Positions 36,410 through 50,054 of a stretch of DNA of 64,000 bases are shown here, piece after piece. The position numbers and the translations under genes were made by a program. The stretch's first letter is position 1. The number at the start of each line of letters is the position of its first letter. This stretch comes from the human T2T-CHM13v2.0 reference genome, Homo sapiens, in assembly GCF_009914755.1 (NCBI RefSeq), contig NC_060935.1. One strand, 5' to 3'. Below the pieces are notes generated by a model. That model made no database searches. It saw only the letters and a list, made by a program, of their open reading frames with translations, and had not been told where the DNA came from.

Positions 36410-39400
36410 AATCTCTGGGCACAGCTAAAGCAGCGTTTAGAGAGAAACTTACAGCACTAAAAGCCCACAACAGAAAGCAGGAAAGATGTAAAATCGACAC
36501 ACTAACATTCACAATTAAAAGAACTACAGAAGTAAGAGCAAACAAATGTAAAAGCTAGCAGAAGACAAGAAATAATTAAGATCAGAGCAGAACTGAAGAA
36601 GATAGAACACAAAAAACCCTTCAAAAATTAATAAATCAAGGAGCTGGATTTTGAAAAGATCAACAAAATAGATAGACCACTAGACAGACTAATAAAGAAG
36701 AAAAGAGAGAAAGATCAAATAAACACAATAAAAAATGATAAATGGGATAGCTGATACTGATCCCACAGAAATACTAACTACCATCAAAGAATACTATAAA
36801 CAACTCCACACAAATAAACCAGAAAATCTAGAAGAAATGAATACATTCCTGGACACATACACCCTCCCAAGACTAAACCAGGAAGAAGTCAAATCCCTGA
36901 ATAGACTAATAACAAGTTCTGAAATTGTGGCAGTAATTAATAGCCTACCAACCAAAAAAAGCCCAGGGCCAGAATGGATTCACAGCCGAGTGCTACCAGA
37001 AGTATAAAAAGGAGCTGGTACCATTCCTTCTGAAACTATTCCAAACAATAGAAAAAGAGGGACTCCTCCTTAACTCATTTTATGAGGCCACCATCATCCT
37101 GATACCAAAACCTGGCAAAGACACAACAAAAAAAGAAAATTTCAGGCCAACATCCCTGAAGAACATCGTTGTGAAAATCCTCAATAAAATACTGGCAAAC
37201 CTAATCCAGCAGCACATCAAAAAGCTTATTCAGTATGATCAAGTTGGCTTCATCCCTGGGATGCAAGTCTGGTTCAACATACACAAATCAATAAATGTAA
37301 TACATCACCAATGGCAAAAACCACATGATTATCTCAATAGATGCAGAAAAGGCCTTTGATAAAATTCAACACTTCTTCATGCTAAAAACTCTCAATAAAC
37401 TAGGTATTGCTGGAACATATCTCAAATTAATAAAAGCTATTGATGACAAACCCACAGCCAATATCATACTGAATGGGCAGAAGCTGGTAGCATTCCATTT
37501 GAAAATGGGCTCAAGACAAGGATGCCCTCTCTCACCACTCCTATTCAACATAGTATTGGAAGTTCTGGCCAGTGCAATCAGGCAAGAGAAAGAAATAAGG
37601 GGTATTCAAACAGGAAGAGAGGAAGTCAAATTGTTCCTGTTTGCAGATGACATGATTGTATATCTAGAAAACCCCATTGTCTCAGCCCAAAAATCTCCTG
37701 AAGCTGATAAGCAACTTCAGCAAAGTCTCAGGATACAAAATCAATGTGCAAAAATCACAAGAATTCCTATACACCAATAATAGACAAACAGAAAGTCAAA
37801 TCATGAGTGAACTCCCATTCACAATTGCTACAAAGAGAATAAAATACCTAGGAGTCCAACTTACAAGGGATGTGAAGGACCTCTTTAAGGAGAACTACAA
37901 ACCACTGCTCAAGGAAATAAGAAAGGACACAAACAAATGGAAAACCATTCCATGCTCATGGATAGGAAGAGTCAATATCATTAAAATGGCCCTACTACCA
38001 AAGAAATTTATAGATTCATTGCTATCTCCACCAAGCTGACATTGACTTTCTTCACAGAATTAGAAAAAACACCTTTAAATTTCATATGGAACCTAAAAAC
38101 CCATATAGCCAAGACAATCCTAAGCAAAAAGAACAAAGCTGGAGGCATCACACTACCTGACATCAAACTATACTACAAGGTTACAGCAACCAAAACAGCA
38201 TGGTACTGGTACCAAAACAGATATATAGACCAATGGAACAGAACAGAGACCTCAGAAATAACACCACACATCTACAACTATCTGATCTTTGACAAACCTG
38301 ACAAAAACAAGAATGGGGAAAAGATTCCCTATTTAATCAGTGGTATTGGGAAAACTGAGTAGCCATATGCAGAAAACTGAAACTGGACCCCTTCCTTACA
38401 CCTTATACAAAAATTAACTCAAGGTAGATTAAAGACATAAACGTAAGACCTAAAACCATAAAAACCCTAGAAGAAAACCTAGGCAATACCATTCAGGACA
38501 TAGGCGTGGGCAAGGACTTCATGACTAAAACACCAAAAGCAATGGCAACAAAAGCCAAAATTGGCAAATGGGATCTAATTAAACTAAACAGCTTCTGCAC
38601 AGCAAAAGAAACTATCATCAGAGTGAACAGGCAACCTACAGAATGGAAGAAAATTTTCACAATCTATCAATCTGACAAAAGGCTAATATCCAAGAAAAAA
38701 ATAAAAAAACCCATCAAAAAGTGGGCAAAGGATATGAACAAACACTTTTCAAAAGGAGATATTTATGTGGCCAACAAACATGAGAAAAAGCTCATCATCA
38801 CTGCTCATTAGAGAAATGCAAATCAAAACCACAATGAGATACCATCTCACACCAGTCAGAATGGTGATCATTAAAAAGTCAGGAAATGACAGATGCTAGA
38901 GATGATGTGGAGAAATAGGATCACTTTTACACTTTTGGTGGGAGTATAAATTAGTTCAACCATTGTGGAAGACAGTGTGGTGATTCCTCAAAGATCTAGA
39001 ACCAGAAATACCATTTGACCCAACAATCCCATTTCTAGGTATATACCCAAAGGATTATAAATCATTCTACTATAAAGACACATGCACACGTATGTATATT
39101 TCAGCACTATTCACAATAGCAAAGACTTGGAACCAATCCAAATGCCCATCAATGACAGAGTGGATAAAGAAAATGTGGCATATATGCACCATGGTATACT
39201 ATGCAGCCATAAAAGAGGATGAGTTCATGTCTTTTGCAGGGATGTAAATGAATCTGGAAACCATCATTCTCAGCAAACTAACACAGGAACAGAAAACCAA
39301 ACACCACATGTTCTCACTTATAAGTGGGAGCTGAACAACGAGAACACATGGACACCGGCAGGGAAACATTACACACCAGGGCCTGTCATGGGGTGGAGGG

Positions 39401-39569
39401 CTAGGGGAGGGACAGCATTAGGAGAAATGTCTAATGTAGATGATGGGTTGATGGGTGCAGCAAACCACCATGGAACATGTATACCTATGTAACAAACCTG
39501 CACATTCTGCATATGTATCCCAGAACTTAAAGTATAATAAAAAATTTTTAAAAAGTGAAAAGAAAAAAA
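36410..39569 (+). mobile_element. L1PA7-like LINE-1, 5'-truncated (3' part of ORF2 plus 3'UTR), frameshifted
   Basis: ORF2 fragments with [13 protein letters not shown] and LFADDM (37325-37780). The 3' end tgtagatgatgggttgatgggtgcagcaaaccaccatgg...tatcccagaacttaaagtataat is L1PA7/8-type, with an A-rich tail and no TSD. Confidence 0.9.
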
Positions 39570-42500
39570 CTGAAATGCTTTTTATGCATCAATTGAAATA
39601 ATTTTTTCCTTTTTTTCTGTTAATGTGATGTACTTGATTGACTTCTGTATATTAAATCAAGAAATACATTCTTGTATGTAATATAATATAAATTTTCTTT
39701 CTATGAGCACTATGTTCTCTTTACGTGATAAACATATTTCTTATACAAAAATATAAGAATATATATTTCTTTTATATATTCTGGAATTCTGGAAAAATTC
39801 CACTTGGTCACACTGTATAATCCTTTATATATGCTATTGAATTTGGGTTGCTGGTGTTTTCTTAAGAAATTTTACATCAGTATTCATAATAGATATTACT
39901 CTGTAGTTTCTCTGTAGTAGTGTCTTTGTCTCTTTGATACCAGGAAAATGCTGGCCTCACAGTGAATTCGGAATTGTTTCCTCTTCTTTAATTTTTTGGA
40001 AGAGTTTGATAAATACTGGTTAATTATTCTTTAAGTATCTGGTAAAATTTAATGAAGCTATTAAGTACGGGTCTTTGCTAGAAAATTGTTAATTATTGAT
40101 TCTATCCTCTTACTTGTCACAGGTATTTTTCTGATTTTTTATTGCTTCATGATTCATTTTTGGTAGTTTATGTTTTTGGATTTTTTTCATTTAATTTGAA
40201 TTATCCAATGTGTTGGTGTATACTTGTTCATAATATGATCCTATAATTTTATTTCTCTTAAATCATTAATGCCCCAGTTTTATTTCTAAATTTAGTTACT
40301 TGAGTCATCTTTTTTCTTAGTCATTTTACTTAAAGATTAGTCAATTTTATTGATCTTTTCAAAAAAATAATTATTGGTTTTATTAATTTTCTTGTTTTTC
40401 TGTTTTCTATTTTATTTGTTAATGCTCTAATCTTTATTATTTCCTCCCATCTGGTAGTTTTGTGTTTGTTTTGCTCTTTTTAATTCCTTATAATATAAAG
40501 TGAAGTTGTTGATTTGAGATCTTCTTTTGCATGTAAGCAATTATGATTATAAATCTCCCTCTTATATTAGCACTACTTTTTCTGCATTTGTTAAGTTTTG
40601 GAATATTGTGCTTTCATTTTCATTTGTCTAAAAATATTTCTTAATATCCTTTGTGATTTCTTACTTGGACCTTTGGTTGTTTAAGAGTGTGTTGTCTTAT
40701 TTCTACATATTTGTGAATTTGTGTTTTCCTTTTACTGTTGATTTTCTGGTTTCATTCCACTGTGACAAGAAAATATTGTTTGTATGACTTCAGTATTTTT
40801 TAATTCGTTAAGACTTGTTTTGTGGTCTCACCTATGGTCTATCCTAGGGAATTTAACATGCGTACTTGAGAAAAATGTGTTTTTATGGGACTGTTTGTAT
40901 AGGTCTTTTAGGTGCAATTGATCTATAATACTGTTCAAGTACTCTATTTCCTTACTGAACTCTTGTCTGTTTTATACATTAATAAAAGTGGAATATTTGA
41001 GGCTTCTGCTAGTATTTTACTGCTATCTACTTCTGCCTTCAATTTCTTCAATGTTTGCTTCATACATATTGAACCTCTAATGTTTAGCGCGTACATGTTT
41101 ATAATTGTTACATGCTCTTGGTGAATTGACCTTTTTGTCATCTTTAAATTTTCTTCTCTGTCTCTTGTAAAAGTTATTTGACTAAAGTCTATTTTGTCTG
41201 ACATTAGTATAGTCATCCCTTCTGTCTTTTAGATGCTATTTCCATGGATTATCTTTTTCATCTTTTCACTTTTAACCTATGCAGATACTTGGATGTAAAG
41301 TTTCTAATAAACAGTATTTCTTTGGAACCTGTTTTTGATGTTTTTAAAATTATTTTTTCTTTCTGACAATCTATGTCTCTCTATGGGTAGTTTAATCCAT
41401 TGAATTCAAAGTAATTTTCTGATAAAATATTTATTATTGCAATTTTATATTTGTTTTGTGTGTATTTTATAACTTCTTTCCCCTCATTTAACTTATTACT
41501 TCCCTTTTTTGTGTTTATTTGATTTTCTTGTCATAACATATTTTGATTCTCTTCTAACTTCTTTTAGTGTATATTCTATAGATATTTCCTTTGTGATTAC
41601 CATGGAAATGAAATATAATATTAAAGTTTTAATAATCTATTTCAAACTGATAACAACATAACTCAAATTCCATATAAAAACTCAGCTCCCTAGAGCCCAA
41701 CCCACCCTACTTCATGTTATTTATCTTGCAAATTAAATATTTATATGTTGTGTACTTATTAATATGCTTTTCTTTTATTCTGCTTGTAGAATAAGAGAAG
41801 TTACAAATCAAATTACAATAATACTTGTTTTTACAGTTAATTTTACTTTTACTCTAATTAAAGAACCTTTAGGGGAGGTGTAGCAAGATGGCTGAATAGA
41901 AGCATTCACTGACTGCCATTTCTGCAGGGACACCAAATGAAACAAATATCCACACAAGAAAGCACCTTCGTAAGAACCAAATATCAGGTGAGTGATCAGA
42001 GTACCTAATTTTAACTTCATATAATAGAAAAAGGCACCGAAGAGAGTAGAATACAAACAGTTTTGAATTGCCAACTCCTCCCCTCCCCCATCTCCTGGCA
42101 GTGGCCATGTGGTGTGGAGAAATAACCTGTGCTCTTGGAAGAGAGAAAGCACAGTGACTGTGGTACTAGACACTGAATTCAGTGTTTCACCGCAGAGAGC
42201 AACACCAGAAAGAACTCAGCTGGCATCCATAGAAGGAGAATTGAGACCAGCCCTGGCCAGGCAGGAACTGGCCATCCCAGCAGTTGCAACCTGAGTTCTG
42301 GCAAGCCTCGCCATCACAGGCTAAAGTATTCTGGGGTTCTAAATAAACTTGAAAGGCAGTCTAGGACACAAGGATTACACTTCATGGGCAAGTTGTGGTG
42401 GTGTGCTGGACTCAGAACCAGTGGACTTGGGGGACATGTGATCAAGTGAGACACCATCTGGGGAGATCAAGAAAGTGCTTACATCACCACACCCTAACCC

Positions 42501-43567
42501 CAGGCAGTCCAGCTAACAGCTCTGGTAGAGATGCTTTCCCTCCACTTGAGGAGATGGAAGAGTAAAAATAAACTTCATCTTGCAACTTGGATACCAGTTC
42601 AGCCAGGGTAGGTTAGGGCACCAGGAAGAGTTCTGAGGCCCCCATTCCAGGCCCTAACTCCCAGATGACATTTCTAAACACATCCTGGGCCAGAAGACAA
42701 CCCAGTTCCTTGAAGAGAAGGATCTAGATCTGACAGAATTAATTGCCTGCTGACTAAAGAGCCTTTGGCACCTGAATAATTACCTGCAATACCCAGGCAG
42801 TACTCATTGCGGGCCTTGGGTGAGGCTCAGAGACATGCTGACTTCAGGTGCGACCCAGGACATTCCCAACTGTGGTGGCTGTTAAGAGGGTTTCTTCTGC
42901 TTGTAAAAAGCAGAAGGAAGAGTAAAGGGGACTTTGTCTTGTAGCTTAGGTACTAGCTTAGTCACGGTAGGGTAAAGCACTAAAAACACCAAAGTAGGCT
43001 GTTCTGCAACAGACTTTTCATTGGAAACTCCACAAGCCAGGAGAGAGTGGTGTGTCATATTTAAAGTGCTGAAGGAAAAAAACTTTTATCCTAGGATAGT
43101 ATAACCAGTGAAAATATCCTTCGACATGAAAGAGAAATATCTTCCCAAACAAAAGCTGAGGGATTTCATCAAAACTAGACCTTCCCTACAAGAAATGCTA
43201 AAGGGAGTTCTTCAATCTGAAAACAAAGGTCATTAATGAGCTATGAGAAATCATTCAAAGGTGCAAACCTCACTAATAATAGCAAGTACATAGAAAAGCA
43301 CAGAATATTATAACATGACAATTGTGGTATGTAAACTACTCACGTCTTGAGTAGAAAGACTAAAAGATGAACCAATCAAAAATGAAAACTACAATAACTT
43401 TTCAAAACAGACTGTACAATAAGGTATAAATAGAAACAGCAGAAAGTGGAAAAGCAGGGAAATGAAGTTAAAGCATGGAGTTTTTATTAGTTTTCTCTTT
43501 CCTTGTTAGTTTGTTAGTTGGTACAATTAGCATTGTTATCAGTTTAAAATAATGTGTTATAAAGTGT

Positions 43568-44007
43568 TGTGATGGTTAATACTGAGTGTCAGCTTGATTA
43601 GGTTGAAGGATACAAAGTATTGATCCTGGGTGTGTCTGTGAGGGCGTTTCCAAAGCAGGTTTACATTTGCATCAGTTGGCTGGGAAAGGCAGACCACACC
43701 TTATTCTGGGTGGGCACCATCTAATCAGCTGCCAGTGTGGCTGCAATATAAGCAGGCAGGAAAATGTGAAAGAAGATACTGACCTAGCTTCCCAGCCTAC
43801 GTCTTTCTCCCCTGCTGGATGCTTCCTGTCCTTGAACATCAGACTCCAAGTTATTCAGTTTTGGAACTCACACTGGCTCTTCTTGCTCCTAAGCCTGCTG
43901 ATGGCCTATTGTGGGACCTTTGGATCATGTCAGTTAATACTTAATAAACTCGCCTTTCCATATATATTCCGTTAGTTCTATCCCTCTAAAGAACCCTGAC
44001 TAATGCA
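43568..44007 (+). mobile_element. 5' LTR, MLT2A1-like
   Basis: tgtgatggttaatactgagtgtca...aataaact...gaaccctgactaatgca, 440 bp. Confidence 0.92.
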
Positions 44008-44012
44008 GATTT

Positions 44013-44030
44013 TGGTACCAGGAGTGATTC
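44013..44030 (+). promoter_or_regulatory. Primer-binding site (tRNA-Leu type)
   Basis: tggtaccaggagtga just after the 5' LTR, complementary to the tRNA-Leu 3' end used by HERV-L. Confidence 0.8.
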
Positions 44031-44099
44031 TAGAGGAACAGAATATTAAGGTTGGAGTTCTTTCATTAATTTTGGGGTTTCTGGAGTTGGCTGCTTAAT

Positions 44100-45780
44100 G
44101 TGACTAGACCCCCAAATTCTAAGGACTCTACTTCTAATAGTATGGAGAACAATGATAGTCCTTGGCATGAACTGTTTGCAGAGTTATGCAAAATAAATGC
44201 ATTTGATACTCCAGATTCATCGCTCATGAGAGGCAAGGAGTTTAGTGACTCTGTACATAATACTTTGACCATATGTGGAGAACCACAGAACATAATGAAG
44301 CTGGTTGGTTGCTCCTAATTTGAGTGGACAAAGTGATGAAAAAAAAATGATAAACTCAGGGATTCTACCTCCTGCCTTCAGAAGCAGATACTGAGCCTCA
44401 AATCTGCTAAGATTGCCTTGAGCGAGAGTCTTATACCCTGTAGAAAAAGAGCTGAATTTGTGGAAAAACAGACACAAGCTTTTATCATGCAAGTGTCTGA
44501 CCTGCAACAAAAGGTGCATGCACAGCCTAGCCAGGTGTCTACTGTTAAAGTGAAGGCATTGATTGGAAAAGAATGGGACCCTGCCACTTGGAATGGGGAT
44601 GTGTGGGAGGGTCCTGATGAAGCTGGGGACACTGAGTTTGTAAATTCTGATGAAGCTTTTTTGCCAGAAGCAACAGCTTTCCCATCCCCAGAAGTGGTAA
44701 AATCCCTCCCTGACCCATGCTGCCATCAGCCTTTCCACCTTTGTCTGAGGACATAAACCCTACGCTGCCTGAGACAACAGTAATGGACCCTCCTGAGGCA
44801 GTTGCCAGACAAGATAATGTTGATTCTCCTCAGAAGCCACCCCCAACACCCTGTTTGCTTCTAGACCTATAACTAAAGTCCCACAGGCCCCTAGGGGTAA
44901 GGTTGGCAGTGTGACCCATGAGAAAGTGTGCTACACTCAAATAGAACTGCTTGAGTCCTCTAATTTATATAAGCAGAAATCTGGAGAACAGTCATGGGAA
45001 TGGATATTAAGGGTATGGGAAAATGGTGGAAGGAACTTATATTTGGATCAGACTGAATTTATTGATTTGAGCCCACTAAGTAGAAACTCTGCATTTAACG
45101 TTGCAGATCAGGGAGTTAAAAAAGGTTCTAATAGTTTATTTGCTTGGTTAGCTGAAATATGGATTAAAAGATGGCCCACTCTGAGCGAGCTGGAAATGCC
45201 TGATCTCCCTTGGTTTAATGTAGAAGAAGGGATCCAAAGGCTTAGGGAGACTGGGATGGTGGATTGGATTAGTCACTTTAGACCTACTCATCCCAGCTAG
45301 AAGGGTCCAGAAGATACATCCTTGACCAATGCCTTGCAAGACAATTTGTGAGGGCAGCACCTGCATCTTTGAAGAGCCCTGTAATTGCTCTTCTCTGTAC
45401 ATCAGATCTAACAGTAGGAACCACAGTCTCTCAACTACAAAATTTAAATACAATGGGAACAATTGGATCCTGAGGGGGCCAGGGCCAAGCGGCCACACTA
45501 AACCGTCAAAGACAAGGTGGGTGTAGCTACTGCAGTGGACAACAGAGGCAAAGCGGCAATCAGAATAGTCAGACTCATATAGAGCTCTGGCATTGGCTAA
45601 TTAATCATAGGGTTCCTAGAAGTGAAATTGATAGGAAGCCTGTGGCATTCCTACTTAATTTATATAAGCAGAAAACTTCTAGGTCAAATGGACAAAAGAC
45701 TAATTTGAATTATAAAAACAAAATCATGGCCACTCAATCAATTTCCAGACTTGAACAAGTTTACAGACCCAGAACCCTTG
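44100..45780 (+). pseudogene. HERV-L gag, disrupted
   Basis: Fragments KVKALIGKEWDPATWNGDVW and MHR-like YKQKSGEQSWEWILRVWENGG in different frames. Confidence 0.8.
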
Positions 45781-45789
45781 AATGAAGGG

Positions 45790-48700
45790 GAGGCCGTGTC
45801 TCCTTGAGGAAGGACCCTGCTACGTTACTGACAATTTATGCAGTGAATCTTTCTCCCATCCTTTTCCAAGGAGACCTCCAGCCTTTTACCAGGTAACTGT
45901 GCATTGGGGAAAGGGAAATGATCAGACAGTTTGGGGACTACTGGACACTGGCTCTGAGCTGATGTTGATTCCAGGGGACCCAAAATATTACCGTGGTCCT
46001 CCAGTTAAAGTAGGGGCTTATGGAGGTCAGGTAATTAATAGAGGTTTAGCTCAAATCCAACTTTCAATGGATCCAGTGGGTCACCGGACTCATCCTGTGG
46101 TCAGTTCCCCACTGCCAGAATGCATAATTGGCACAGACATACTTAGCAGCAGGCAGAACCCCCACATTGGCTCCCTGACTGGTAGGGAGAGGGCTATTAT
46201 GGTGGGAAAGGCCAAATGGAAGCTATTAAAGCTGCCTCTCCATAGAAAATAGTAAATCAAAAACCATATTGCATCCCTGGAGGGACTGAAGACATTAGTG
46301 CCACCATCAAGGACTTGAAAGACGCAGGAGTGGAGATCTACCCATCACAACCCCGTTCAACTCTCTCATTTGGCCTGTGCGGAAGACAGATGGATCTTGG
46401 AGAATGACAGTGGATTATCATAAGCTTAACCAAGTGGCGATTCCAATTGCAGCTGCTGTACCAGATGTGTTTTCATTGCTTGAGCTAAGTAACACATCAC
46501 CTGGTAGCTTGTATGCAGCCATTGATTTGGCAAATGATTTTTTTCTCCATTCCTGTTCATAAGGCCCAGTAGAAGCAATTTGCCTTCAGCAGGCAAGGCC
46601 AGCAATTTACCTTTACTGTCTTACCTGAGGGATGTAACTATTCTCCAGCTTTGTGTCATAATCTTATTCAAAGAGAACCTGATCGCTTTTTGCTTTTGTA
46701 AGATATCACACTGGTCCACTACATTGATGACATTATGCTGATTGGATCCAGTGAGCAAGAAGTAACAATCACACTGGACTTATTGGTGAGATATTTGCAT
46801 GCCAGAGGATGGGAAATAAATCCTAATCAAATTCAAGACCTTCTACCTCAGTGAAATTTCTATGGCTCCAGTGGGGTGGGGCCTATTGAGATATTCCTTC
46901 TAAAGGTGAAGGATAAGTTGCTGCATTTGTCCCCTCCTACAACCTAGAGAGAGGCACAATGCCTAGTGGGCCTATTTGGATTTTTGAGGCAACACATTCT
47001 TAATTTGGGTGTGTTACTCTGGCCCATTTATCAAGTGACCCCAAAAACTGCCAGTTTTGAGTGGGGTCCAGAACAGGAGAAGGCTCTGTAACAGGTCCAG
47101 GCTGTTGCACAAGCTGCTCTGCCAGTTGGGCCATATGACCCAGCAGATCCAATGGAGCTTAAGGTGTCAGTGGCAGATAGGGATGCTGTTTGGAGCCTTT
47201 GGCAGGCCCCCATAGGTGAATCACAGTGAAGTCCTCTAGGGTTTTGGAGCAAAGTCCTGCCATCTTCTACAAATAATTACTCTCCTTTTGAGAGGCAGCT
47301 TTTGGCCTGTTACTGAGCTTTGGTGGAACCTGAACGTTTGACTATGGGTCATCAAGTTACCATGAGACCTGAACGACCTATCATGAACTGGGTGCTTTCT
47401 GACCCATCTAGCCATAAAGTGGGTTGTGCACAGCAGCATTCCATCATCAAATGGAAGTGGTATATACGTGACTGGGCTCGATCGGGTCCTGAAGGCACAA
47501 GTAAGTTACAGGAGGAAGTGGCTCAAATGCCCGTAGGCTCCACTCCTGCCACCCTGACTTCTCTCCCCCAGCATGCACTGATGGCCTCATGAGGAGTTCC
47601 CTATAATCAATTGACAGAGGAAGGGAAGACTAGGGCCTGGTTCACAGATGTCTCTGCACAATATCCAGGCACCACCCAAAAGTAGACAGCTGTAGCACTA
47701 CAGCCCCTTTCTAGGACATCTCTGAAGGACAGTGGTGAAGGGAAATCTTCCCAGTGGGCAGAACTTTGAGCAGTGCACCTGGTTGTGCACTTTGCATGAA
47801 AGGAGAAATGGCCAGATGTGTGATTATATACTAATTCGTGGGCTGTAGCCAATGGTTTGGCTGGATGGTCAGGGACTTGGAAGAAGCATGATTGAAAAAT
47901 TGATGACAAAGAAATTTGGGGAAAAGGTATGTGGAAGGACCTCTCTGAGTGGTCAAAAACTGAAGATATTTGTATCCCATGTGAGTGCTCACCAGTGGGT
48001 GGCCTCAGAAGAGGAGGATTTTAATAGTCAAGAGGATAGGATGACCCGTTCTGTGGACCCACTCAGCCTTTTTCCCCAGCCACCCCTGTCATCTCCCAGT
48101 GGGCCCATGAACAAAGTGGCCATGGTAGCAGAGATGGAGGTTTACTCATGGGCTCAGCAACATGGACTTTCACTCACCAAGGCTGACCTGACTATGGTCA
48201 CTGCTGAGTGCCCAATTTGCCAGCAGGAGAAACCAACACTAAGTCCTCGATATGGCACCATTCTTCAGGGCGATCAGCCAACTACCTGGTGGCAGGTTGT
48301 TTATATGGGACCTCTTCCATCATGGAAAGGGCAGAGGTTTGTTCTCACTGGAATAGACACTCTGGATATGGGTTTGCCTATCCTGCATGAAATGCTTCTG
48401 CCAAGACTACTATTTGTGGACTCACAGAATGCCTTATCCACCATCACGGTATTCCACACAGCACTGTCTCTGATGAAGGCACTCACTTTATGGCTAAAGT
48501 GCGGCAGTGGGCTCATGCTCATGGAATTCACTGTTCTTACCAGGCTTCCTATCATCCTGAAGCAGCTGGATTGATGGAATGGTGGAATGGCCTTTTGAAG
48601 TCACAATTGCAACTCCAACTAGATGACAATACTTTGCAGTACTGTGGCAATGTTCTCCAGAAGGCCATGTATGTTCTGCATCAGTGTCCAATATATGGTA

Positions 48701-48840
48701 CTGTTTCTCCCATAGTCAGGATTCATGGGTCCAGGAATCAAGGGATGGAAGTGGAAGTGGCACCACTCACCATTACCCCCAGTGATCCACTAGCAAAATT
48801 TTTGCTTCCTGTTCCCATGACATTATGTTCTGCTGGTCAG
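45790..48840 (+). pseudogene. HERV-L pro-pol (protease, RT, RNase H, integrase), disrupted
   Basis: [43 protein letters not shown]...WWQV...GPLP and YHPEAAGLMEWWNGLLK. Confidence 0.88.
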
Positions 48841-48853
48841 TCAAGAGGGAGGA

Positions 48854-49207
48854 ATGCTGCCACCAGGAGGCACAACAACAATTCCATTAAACTGGAAGTT
48901 AAGATTGCCACCTGGACACTTTGGGCTCCTCCTACCACTGGGCCAACAGGCTAAGAAGGGAGTTACAGTGTTGGCTGCGGTGATTGACCTGGACTTTCAG
49001 GATGAAATCAGTCTATTGCTCCACAACGGAGGTAAGGAAGAGTATGCATGGAATACAGGAGATCCATTAGGGTGTCTCTTAGTATTACCATGCCTTGTGA
49101 TTAAGGTCAATGGGAAACTACAACAGCCCAATCCAGCCAGGACTACAAATGACCCAGACCCTTCAGGAATGAAGGCTTGGGTCACTCCACCAGGAAATAA
49201 ACCATGA
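48854..49207 (+). pseudogene. HERV-L dUTPase domain remnant
   Basis: LRLPPGHFGLLL...GVTVLAAVIDLDFQDEISLLLHN. Motif 3 (normally GVIDxDY) is altered. Confidence 0.8.
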
Positions 49208-49610
49208 CTTGCTGAGGTGCTTGCTGAAGAGAAAGGGAATACAGAATGGGTAGAAGAAGAAGGTAGTCATCAATACCAGCTATGACCATGTGACCAGCTA
49301 CAGAATTGAGGATTGTAATTGTCATGAGTATTTCCTCCTTCTTTTGTTAAAAACATGGTTGTACATGTTTACACTTGTAAAATATCTTCATTTTATTTCC
49401 TTTCTCCTTTATCATGTGACATAATACTTATTGACTTCACATCAGCATTTAAGTATTGTTAACTTTATGTAATAGTATTTGCATTGGGGATTGGTGTGTT
49501 TCTGGTTGTATGAAAGATAGTTTTATTATGTTCAGACCTTATTATTGTCTTTATTTGAAGATTAGGTATGATCTCAGGAGATGTGGGTTCAAGTTGACAA
49601 GGGATAGATT

Positions 49611-50054
49611 TGTGATGGTTAATACTGAGTGTCAACTTGATTGGATAGAATAATATAAAGTATTGCTCCTGGGTGTGTCTGTGAGGGTGTTGCCAAAGGA
49701 GATTAACATTTGAGTCAGTGGGCTGGGGAAAGCAGATCCGCCCTTAATCTGGGTGGGCACCATCTAATCAGCTGCCAGTGTGGCTAGAATATAAGCATGC
49801 AGAAAAATGTGAATAGAGAGACTGGCCTAGCCTCCCAGCCTACATCTTTCTCTCATGCTGGATGCTTCCTGCCCTCGAACATTGGGTTCCAAGTTCTTCA
49901 ATTTTGAGACTTGGACTGACTCTCCTTGTTCCTCAGCCTGCAGATGGCCTATTGTGGGACCTTTTGATCATGTAAGTTAATACTTAATAAACTCCCCTTT
50001 ATATATACATCTATTCCTTTAGTTCTGTCCCTCTAGAGAACCCTAACTAGTATA
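49611..50054 (+). mobile_element. 3' LTR, MLT2A1-like
   Basis: Direct repeat of the 5' LTR, 444 bp, preceded by a purine tract (gacaagggataga). Confidence 0.92.

Larger units (their letters stand above)
43568..50054 (+). mobile_element. Full-length HERV-L provirus (LTR-gag-pro-pol-dut-LTR, no env), defective
   Basis: Two MLT2A-type LTRs and 5-bp TSD AGTGT (43563-43567 / 50055-50059). Leu PBS, protease LLDTGS (DTG 45944-45952), RT LVHYIDD (YIDD 46720-46731), integrase CPIC motif and dUTPase after IN. Many stops and frameshifts. Confidence 0.95.

Noticed and set aside
48854-49207. Domesticated dUTPase
   Set aside because: N-terminal motif lost by a deletion/frameshift and motif 3 altered (AVIDLDF); an ordinary proviral remnant.
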